A DNA stretch of 61,067 bases, filler included, from Basidiobolus ranarum (lineage: Eukaryota), in assembly GCA_040143965.1 (NCBI GenBank). It is 9 parts of 9 records of this genome, joined end to end, with 100 filler letters (N's around TTAATTAATTAA, not from the genome) between each part and the next. Parts side by side here need not be neighbours in the genome. Positions count along the whole stretch, not along the records: positions 47,611 to 54,290 come from JASJQH010001268.1; positions 54,391 to 61,067 come from JASJQH010001269.1; 7 more parts are not named here. One strand, written 5' to 3'. The position numbers were made by a program, and so were the translations under genes. The notes under the pieces are model-generated. The model was not told the DNA's origin and did no database searches. It worked only from the letters and a program-made list of their open reading frames with translations. Positions 51,801 to 61,067 of this stretch are shown piece by piece; position 1 is the first letter of the stretch, and every line of letters begins with the position of its first letter.

Positions 51801-52435
51801 ATTTCTGGCAGAGTGCATGTGCCCCAATTCCAAGGCTCTTGGATGTAGACAAAGTGTAGAGAGTGCTTTCTTCTGTTTCTTATGAAAGACAAGGATAGCT
51901 CCTGGTGGTCCCTTTGGCTGTATTTCTTCTCCTGTAACAAATCCCCAAAGGTCTTTGTCTTCTAGCACCATTTGTTTTTTGAACTTCCAATAGTGAAAAT
52001 CTTCATTGTCAAACTTCTCTGTTATCACAGAAGTATTGGTAATAGTTCTAATAGATATTCCTTTAATAGCTAGCTGGGGGATCATTATCTGATCAATATG
52101 CTTAGGGGATTTAGAATTGTTTGGACAAGCTTTGGATTTGTGAATTACACAATCAAGTTCTATTGAAAAGCACATGTCCAATTCATAGTTAGCTATGAAA
52201 TAAAACTATAGACGTGATTAGATCAGAATATGGATGCTTTAAGGTGTGGGTGAAAATCTAAGGCAATTTGGAGAAGTTTGACAACAGAGTAAAATTTGGG
52301 GAAATCATCTAATTGATCCATCTATCAATTAGAGCAATGAAAACACAGCTTTGAATGACAGAACTGAGTGCTTATTATACAGAGTGTGAATATTCTAATC
52401 ACTTAACAACTGTTGTTATTTACCAAATTTCAACA
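48900..52435 (-). mobile_element. Highly decayed Copia element with 5' LTR (about 52095-52435)
   Basis: LTR begins TGTTG at 52435; gag FHYWKFKKQMVLEDKDLWGFV; CKFCKKPGYLVKD knuckle; integrase and RT relics. Confidence 0.85.
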
Positions 52436-52619
52436 TTATGTTGACAAATGAATCTCTTGGTTTATATGCTAGCTTGTATAGGCAAGCAGAAGTAGCTCAG
52501 ATATGAGCAAGTGATGTTCTGGCATAATCTCATAACTAGATTTGATATGTTTTTCTGTTTTTGCATTCTCTCAAAGCAATTATTGCTTAAATAACCAGCT
52601 ATGTTACCTTAATCACAGG

Positions 52620-53330
52620 ATTTGTTAACATCCTTTGTAAAGCACTTTTGTTTTTTATAGGAAGGTTTCCAATACCCTTTTAAAGCTTTTCCCCATTTTT
52701 TTGGTTTGATCCTAATATCAATGAATCTTTATCCCGCAGTCTGCCAAATACATAATTTAAGATCAAATTATCAGTGGTGGACTCTGAACCTATGTATAAG
52801 CTTTGGAACTTGTGTAGCACACTATTCAGGATGGTAACTATAATATTTTGATATGTAGTAGGCACTCCAATGCATCTAACTTATCTAATGCAAAAGTGAT
52901 TCTGTTAATTAGTTTTTTAGTGTCTTCTCCTGGCTTCATTCATAAGTTATAGAATTATCTTCTCAGAGACATCTTGTTGGCAGCAGAACATGCATGGAAG
53001 GCATCTTACAAGGCCTTCCATACCTTCTTGCAGGTTTTGTCTCCTGAACATGGAATTCACAAAGCTTCCTTAGCTTTGAGACAAATTGTGTTAAAAGCAC
53101 TTTGTTCTTGAGCAATCTAGAGTAAGAATTGATAAAAGTGCTTAGGAGATTTAGAAGTATTTGAACAATGTTTGGATTTGTGGTTTAGATGCTTAAATTT
53201 TATTAAATTGAATATGTCCCATCTATAGTTTACTACAAAATAGGACTATTGGACATGCTTAGATCATAACAAACATGCCTGTTAAGCATGGGTAAAAATT
53301 TGAGGAGATTTAGAGAAGCTCTGGAAACTT
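52620..53330 (-). mobile_element. Copia gag (UBN2-like) fragment plus LTR fragment
   Basis: ANKMSLRR*FYNL and IVTILNSVLHKFQSL; 53130-53330 matches the Copia LTR family. Confidence 0.65.
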
Positions 53331-54158
53331 GAAGAACAAAAATTGCAAAGAGGGTGTGCCCAGGGTTTAAAACATGGCAAAGTATTTGGCAGTCAGCTGG
53401 TAGTGGCTTGGAGAACTAGAGAACTTATTGATTAGAAAGTTGATTTGTATACTTGGGCCAAGTGGTAAGCAAACTAACAAGAGGAATGTGTTCGGGACCA
53501 GGAGCGTCTATGTCAAGTTTGAGGCTTCTTGTACAAGCTGAAAAAATACATATCTACAAACTTCTAAAATGATGCATATATTGTGAGAGAAATCCATTTG
53601 AGAATATTGGGTAATATCTTAGTGAAATATAAGATAACTGGATATTATGCTATGTGTGACTATGTAGATACTTTCAGTTTACAAAAGTTTAATGGGAAAG
53701 TTGCCTACTTTAAGGTTTCTGAACTGTGATCACTCATTAATGTAATATAATTGTCAAGTATATAAAAACTTTTGAGAGTCAAGTAAGCTAGAATTATACT
53801 CACTAAAGCTGGACTGAGGTTTTCTGAAAAGGAAACTTCTATACTTAAACCTCAACTGAAAGAGCAGATAAGTAATGGCTCATCCACTAATGACCAATTC
53901 AAGTGCTCAATGAGGGTATGGCTACAGCACAATAAGATGGGGCAGCTCTTGGTAGAGATGTCTGAGATAGCACAGTAATATGCTGACATTTGTTGCCACA
54001 GCATAGTCAAAACATCCTGGGATATCACAACATTCAACTGATACATGTTAGGATGGCATATCCAAGATCTTCATATGATCTAATAGAAGGGAGGGGGTAT
54101 AATCAAATGACCATACATGGTATATGATTACTGTTGAAATTATTTAGGGATAAATATT

Positions 54159-54230
54159 GGTCTGGCCAGGGTTTGAACCTGGGGCCTCCTTCACTCTAGC
54201 AAGGTGCTCTAACCACTGAGCTATCAGTCC
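54159..54230 (-). pseudogene. tRNA-like pseudogene or tRNA-derived SINE head
   Basis: GGACTGA TA GCTC AGTGGTTA GAGC A CCTTG CTAGAGT GAAGG AGGCC CCAGG TTCAAAC CCTGG CCAGACC: intact D and T arms and A/B boxes, mismatches in the acceptor and anticodon stems. Confidence 0.75.
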
Positions 54231-54390
54231 TTGTATGCTATGCCTATATTGCTAGGGGACCTGAACCTAGTCTGTTGATGTATGGTACTTNNNNNNNNNN
54301 NNNNNNNNNNNNNNNNNNNNNNNNNNNNNNNNNNTTAATTAATTAANNNNNNNNNNNNNNNNNNNNNNNNNNNNNNNNNNNNNNNNNNNN

Positions 54391-56971
54391 TCCGGTTTTG
54401 CTTGTGCTATTGCAGTATCGCTAATCCGTTTAGAGATGTAACCGGCCCAGTCATCAACAGGCACTTGAGTGTTTAGCACACAATCTTCATACATATCTTG
54501 GATGCTAAAATTCTCGGATATTTTCTGACCAAAAAATTGCGAGTTCATCTAATGCGTTGTTAGTTGCGGCCTAGTGTTACCACATGAGCGAAATGCTAGT
54601 ATTCATACCTTGATGGAGAGGGCCAAAGTGAAAAAGTATTGCTATTGAAATGCTAATGAATTAGAAAGCGCAAAATACGGAATGATAAGCGAATGCTCGT
54701 ACCTGCTTCATACGCTCGATATCTGCAAGATGCCTATCCAAGATGTACTATTATCATGAAGAGGTTAGGCCGTCTGCTTGATGTTAACATTGTAATGGCC
54801 AGGCTTACCTGATCATTATCATAGTCCCAATACATGGAGGAGACAGATTCCCTGTAATTAGTATCTTCATTGGTAGATGGTCGAAAAAGACTAACAGAGG
54901 TAATGCTTTCAACGATTTTCTTGGTTTTAATTTCTTGCTCTTCAAGAGAACGTCTCATAGCCTGGAGTTTGGTATCGGAAGCGATTGTCATATCGTGGAT
55001 AACCTAATGGAGTTCAAGCTTCAATAAGAAACGTCAAAACGCGAAGATATCAATGCCACCTTACTTGTTCGAGTGATTGAATGGTCGCGTTTGCAACATC
55101 TAACTGTAGTTGAAGTTGACGAATAGACAGCGTTGATTCCGACTGATGCTTGTTAGCTAGTTGCCTAATCATACATTGAAAGTTTACGCTAGATGTACCT
55201 TATCTGTTCTACCACCCACATTTGCTTTGAGTAATTTTCTAATTCTAGTGTCTATATTCCAAAGAAAAGTAAATATGCTGATTGATTACTGCGAAGTATA
55301 AAGTGAGGCACCTTTAAAATCGTATTGAAAGAGATTGTCAGTAAGCACTTGCTTTGGAATAGAACCAACGGCAAATGGCCAGTATGGACCCGAATACGAA
55401 AAAGAAACCGACAAGTATGGTCCAGTTCTAAAGCCCTCCATGATTTTCCCGTTTCTACAGATGAAAGTTAGAGAAGGGGCTGTTTGGGTAGACTGTATAG
55501 ATAGTAGAGAGCATTCAATACTTGTGAAAATAAGTCACCGTCATGAAATATCTGCCTGATTCTAGGGTTATTTTCCCCTCCATTTCTTTACTGTAATGCT
55601 GAAGCTATGCTTTAGTGTGGAGCAAGATGGCAACAAGTGTGTCAATAGCTTACAATTCCATCGTGATCTACGACTTTCGTACCGCCAATATATAAAGCAC
55701 TACCATCGTTAGACTCAGTGTAGAACTTGTACAGACCGTCATGCGGAACGGTAACAAAGCATGTGAATCGAACTGCAAAATTTCCAGTATCTACGCATTG
55801 TGTCAGTACTTTTATATCGAGTTGAACTAGACTGAACAGCTCACCTATGATATTACGCTCGGCTCCATATTTGTCAAATATGTTGATTTCGCTCGACTCA
55901 TTGATCATCATATTCCCAACAATACCAACATTCTATAACAAAAAAATATATCTTAATTACTACCATAGCCTTCTTCTGATCAGGTGAAAAGTGCGCTTAC
56001 ACTTGGCGTCAGGGAATCGAAATCTGGAAGCGTATCAAACTCTCCTTGATAGTATTCAAAAAAGATCCCGGATTTAAGATCATGAAAGTCGGAATCCGTG
56101 ACTGATGGAACCTCGGATACTCGTTTACTAGGATCATTCTCGAACTTGATCCTTCTAAGAAATGAAGCCGTCCCACCGAGGCTCTGGATTCATTGTTTAG
56201 TACCAACCCAACACCTCAGGCACCATACAGAAATTCACCACCCTTAATAGAATTATGTCCGTTTTTAGCAGCGGGACAGGATTTTTTGTGATGCTCTAAT
56301 TCTTTGCGCACGACTCGTTCAGAGCAACCAGTAAACGGACAATGTAAAACACGATATTGACATTCTACATCATAGTGTTCTTGAAAACACTTTCGTTGCA
56401 TGGTTATCTGAAAGAAAAAAATGTCAACTTTCCTTACATTGCTGGAATTAATAAGTGCATATATACTTGACAAGCCAAGCATTTTACGGGCAATTTATCG
56501 ACCTATATTCAACAATTATCAAAATCATCATTTTAGTAAATGCCAAATGGAACACAAAAGTATGAGCTCTTTATACATTCTCGGTAAGATAAGGTTCAGG
56601 TATGTCTACATTCTGACATAACTCTTTGCAGACAGGGCATTTGAAAGAAGGCAAAGTGTCAGATTCATCATAGAGGGAATCCGAGCCATCCTCTCCGCTA
56701 TATATATAGGTGCCTTCTTCTTCGTAGGTCTTAGTGGAAATTAGCCATTGAGTTATGCACTCACGACAAAAACTGTGTATTATGCAAGAACAAATGAACG
56801 TAAGTATCGGCGCACTTAGGGAAGGGAATTGTTGAAGGCTCGAATATCTTACGTGTGCTGACAGGTTGTTTGAACAGGGTCGAGAAAAGGATCAGAACAG
56901 ATAGGACATAGTAAATCTGAATCTATAATTGAGCAATAGCAATATAGTGTATCGAGAGGAGGATTTGTCAT
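54391..56971 (-). CDS. Multi-exon RING-finger / TRAF-type zinc finger / PA14 / coiled-coil protein, 3'-truncated
   Basis: MTNPPLD..LLCPICSDPFLDPVQTTCQH|.FCRECITQWL...CPVCK; CPFTGCSERVVRKELEHHKKSCP; FAVRFTCFVTVPHDGLYKFYTESNDGSALYIGGTKVVDHDG; LQLQLDVANATIQSLEQ. Confidence 0.82.
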
Positions 56972-58173
56972 GTGTTAGATGGATAGGTTCATACAGAAGA
57001 AGAGTAGGTGTATAGCAAGTATTAAAGAATTTTCGATACCTTGGTGATTAAGAGTATGGCTAATATAAGAACCCTAGTATAACTTTTAACGTGTGTGTAC
57101 AACGCTACACAAAAGAAACAGAATAAAGTATCTCTTGCCTTTGCACATGCATCAGATAGCTATCTTGTCATCCATCAAACACTCTTCCATGCATCATTTT
57201 TCAAGTTTTTGGGTAGCTTCTGTTCTAATCTGGTGAAGATGTTTCCTTGTGCCTTGAATTTACCCAAGTAATAGGCACTGTTACGCGCTCTAAAAACGGT
57301 ATTTCTTAGTGGAAGTGTATCAGTTATCAAATAGCTTGCTTCTAATTTCCTCAAATGGATTGTTGTAGCACGTCACTATTGCGTCCTGAATAGCCAGAAT
57401 CCTGTACAGTTGGATATCACTTGACCGCCATGTCCTTCTGTCACCGACTGTGTTATGAACTTCAAAGATAGGAAGAAGTGGACGCCTGTTAGAATTAGAC
57501 GGCGACCTTGAGAACAAGATGTGCAGATTATTTAGTGCCACACCACTTAGGTAATCTGATTTCTAGTACTAGAATCGAGTATAAAGTACATGTTATACCA
57601 ACCAAGTCACGGGATTTGATAGATAAATATCAATTTTTACACATCTACCAGCACAAGGTATGAGGATCGATTACCCTTGAGACCCATTTTCGAGCTTTAT
57701 CTTCAAATGATGAATCAATAGCGTCATATTGTCAGTAATACGATTTAAACCAATTTCCTCAAATGCTCTACAGATATCCTCCATAATCAAATAGATTGGA
57801 GAGCAATACAATAGTTACCATATATTAGGACTTAGCAGAGTGAATTACTTGGGGGAAATTACCTGTGTTCTAGTGGTACTCTAATATGTAAGTGTTCTGC
57901 TTGTGAAGTGCTTTCAATCAACCAAACTATTTATGTATCTATATATACACAAACTTCACTAAGAAGTTACTTAGGAACTTTCCTCCGCAGCCTGAGGCTT
58001 TATCATTGTGACTATTCATCAAATAGATGTGCCATGAGGATTATCAAAGATGGAAAGAAAAAATTTGGGGTATCAGAAAAGGTCCAAAGGAAAGTAAAGA
58101 TAATACAGTCTAGAATATTCAGTATCAATCACCGAGTTTCTTGTAACAACCACCTCCAGTTGCTGCGTAAACT

Positions 58174-58849
58174 ATGTCTTTGCTTACTACTCTCACTCGT
58201 CGCATACTTCCGGTTGCATACCGGACAAGACTCATGTCAACTAAAACGTAGATATTTATTTAGAGAATTAGTTGTTGTAACGAAACTCAATATTTTTCCA
58301 TTTAGTCTCACTGTAAACTTCATCACCTCTGAAGGTGACAAGGTTACGGTAAAAGCTGCTGAAGGTGACAACATAATGGAAATCGCTCACCAAAATCACA
58401 TTGACCTCGAAGGTATGTCAAAGTATTATGCCACTGACAAAAAGTTTCACTAATGAATAATGTTGGTTTGGTTAGGTGCCTGTGAGGGCTCTCTGGCGTG
58501 CTCTACTTGCCATGTTGTTATACCAGAAGAATATTACGAGAAATTGGAAGAGCCCAGCGATGAAGAAAACGATATGTTAGATCTTGCTTTTGGGTTGACT
58601 GATACGTAGGCACTTGACTTATGACATTTCGTTATATTACCTTAATTTTGACCTTATTCTTGTCAGTTCTCGTCTCGGTTGTCAAGTCATAATGACGCCT
58701 GAACTAGATAACATTACTTGTAAAATTCCGTCAGCAACTAGAAATATGGCGGTCGATGGTACATACTTCCGAAAATTCCTCTATTCCTTTGTTTCATAAG
58801 CTAACGGTTTCTCGACCCTTGATTAGGTTACAAGCCCAAGCCGCACTAG
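58174..58849 (+). CDS. YAH1: Mitochondrial 2Fe-2S ferredoxin (adrenodoxin type), 5 exons
   Basis: Presequence [72 protein letters not shown]. Confidence 0.95.
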
Positions 58850-61067
58850 TGTTCCTTTTACTCAACAAACCATGCAGCATATGATTTTTCCATATTTCTT
58901 CTGGCTGACAACATGTTTTCATATGATATTATTGCCGTCGAAATTCCGTCAATGTTCAATTCATTTTTTAAAATAGAAAGAGCAGTAATATTCTTTCCTA
59001 GCTTCCTATTTATGTCTTTTCCCAAAGTTTTTAAAATTACACATGTTGATGACATATAATTCTCTTATCCAACTTGGCATTTGATTCCATTTACAATTCA
59101 TATAAGATATTGCGTGCTTCGGCCCTTAGTGAGTAATTTATCATGTTGAAAAGAACCATGAAGCGGCTGATCTGGCATTGAAACTGATTAGGGGCTAAAT
59201 CATAAGCTATTAAAGAAAGGCTAGAAATTTCCATGGAGAAGCTATGTAGTTCGACTTTTCATTTAATTGTATGCAACAGTAGAGTTATATACTGACCAAA
59301 GCAGCCAAACCATTGTACAGTATCTAATTCTATGTTGCTAGAAGCAGCTTGAGGCTTGCATTCCATCTCGTTAGTGTTGATATGCCACAAGGCTTAGTGA
59401 GCTATAGGCGGCACTTTATCAGTTACTAGACTGGTGAGCTTCGGTTGAAGATGTGTATGTCTATGCTCACTTCGGTACGCCTTTATGCATGGATTTGGAA
59501 CACGAAGGTTAATTGATTCGATATATGAATTACATTTAAGAGATCTAGCTTTTTCCTGCGATCAAATTGGCATTCCAGTAGGGAACAACAGACATCTACG
59601 GATAAGAAACAGCTGTGAACAAGAAACTGCTAGCGGCAAACAAGTATGTATATCTACAATATTTTGGAGGCTTGAAACCAAATTCCCATGGACAGTGATC
59701 AAAGTGCCATCCTCGCAAGATGTAAACTAGACTTGGCCTGGTAATCTTATCAGTATCAAAGATAGACTGTATATACAGACACATCCTAGTCCCACCTGTA
59801 TTGAATGTATGTGCAATGCTAGGGCGCAGTATATTCAAATAATTGTCCGTGTCATTCAGTGTTCCGATCTATGCTTGCTATATTCATCGATACTCACATG
59901 GCTTGTCCAGATTGGGCAAAAAAATAACTCTTTTTTGACAACCTCATTCCATGAATTAAAATAGTTACCAACCAGAACTAGCCCATAGTAGAGAGGGGAT
60001 TTTTTAAAGCGCAAACACGCGTATCTCACAAGTTTAGCTATTACTGAGCAAATCCAAAAACTGGTATTTCTTTTTCTTATCCAGCTCATCTGAAGAATGC
60101 ACCACTAGTAAGACGCGACCAAGGCGGATCTTCAATAATCGTTGTGTTTCAGAAACCTACCAATTAAATAGAATCCTGTCTCCAACGGCTAATCTATTGC
60201 TTCCACATCTTGCAAAGCCTGGAAATATGCCAAGTCTCTCTCGCAGGTGACCTTAAGACTCCTCGTATGGACTGCCCAGTACTCGCTTATTGTTGAACTA
60301 CGTAACACGGCAAAACACAAACGCATCTCTGCCCCTTGGCCATCTTTGGATGCTCTAGTCTTATCCATTTCCTGCCTCCTCCATTGCTTGCTTAGTGCGC
60401 ATGCTTATGCAGTCCTCTTGTATACCGTGGCCGAGGGTAGCTTGGGTGGAATGTGTGGTCCCAAGCCCTCTACCAGGAGGCATCTTCGTACACCATCTAT
60501 TGTTGTCAGCACTATACACTATTGTGTTGCCGTACACCATCAGGAAGAAAGGGCTTTAAAAAGTAGGCAGTTTTGCAAACTAAATCGACAATGATTTGCC
60601 ACGGGAGCTGAATTCATCGAACCGATCTTTAGACTGTAAGTCAAGGGTGAGCCTCAGGAAATCAGTTACGGCCGTCGGTTGGAAGCAGAAACCGACCTGT
60701 CACCCAGATGTAAAAAACGCTGCGTGACATCACCACTCCGGATGAGCTGTCTGCTCAGAACGTCATTCAGGAATGGCTGAGTGGAATCACTTTGCAAGAT
60801 CACCTATGAATCCACAATATGCCAACGCTCATGTCAAACTGATCACAGGATCAAATTAACAGTCTCAAGGTGTAAATTCCATGTGCGAGTGGAACATCTG
60901 AGCACTCTGGTGACTGAGATTCATTATGCTGATTCTTTACCGAAGCCGATCGCTCACTGGACAGGATCTTATGAAAAATCAGCTTTGACTGTGCTCATCG
61001 AATCACCTTCCTCACTATAATAGATTAATTTCTATTCGACTCTGATTATAAAACCCATCCTTCATTC

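Noticed and set aside
57908-58453. 181-aa ORF as a full protein
   Set aside because: Only its end is the YAH1 second exon; the real start is ATG 58174 in another frame with an intron.
59485-61020. Short ORFs at the end of contig 9
   Set aside because: No recognisable motifs or consistent exon chain by eye; cannot be supported without a homology search.

Overview
Eukaryotic DNA, most likely from an early-diverging fungus (inferred from short GT-AG introns and fungal-type RPP0, PSR1, Scw1/Whi3 and YAH1 homologues). The window is not one locus. It is nine contigs of about 6.7 kb, sorted by decreasing length and joined by a synthetic 100-bp spacer (44N-TTAATTAATTAA-44N). Contig 1 (1-6715) is the most interesting. 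It holds a head-to-tail array of at least five intronless paralogous secreted-protein genes plus a broken sixth. Each complete copy encodes a signal peptide, a CX6C motif, a variable number of acidic 26-aa repeats, a Q/P-rich linker, a KR/RR dibasic site and a near-invariant 23-aa cationic/aromatic tail (AYKKYKKFAHRSFKIRYFSGNRH). This resembles a prepro-peptide precursor family that I do not recognise. Contigs 3, 4 and 9 carry housekeeping genes (RPP0, PSR1-like phosphatase, ACBP/Atg37-like, PPR protein, Scw1/Whi3-like RRM protein, YAH1). They also carry an intronless bacterial-type P-loop kinase (HGT candidate) and a RING/TRAF-zinc-finger/PA14 protein. Contigs 2, 5, 6, 7 and 8 are mostly CpG-depleted decayed Ty1/Copia and Ty3/Gypsy elements, an unclassified repeated element with a sharp CCC(T)AACAG end, a P450 3' end and a tRNA-like relic. 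Boundaries of degenerate elements were read by eye and are approximate.
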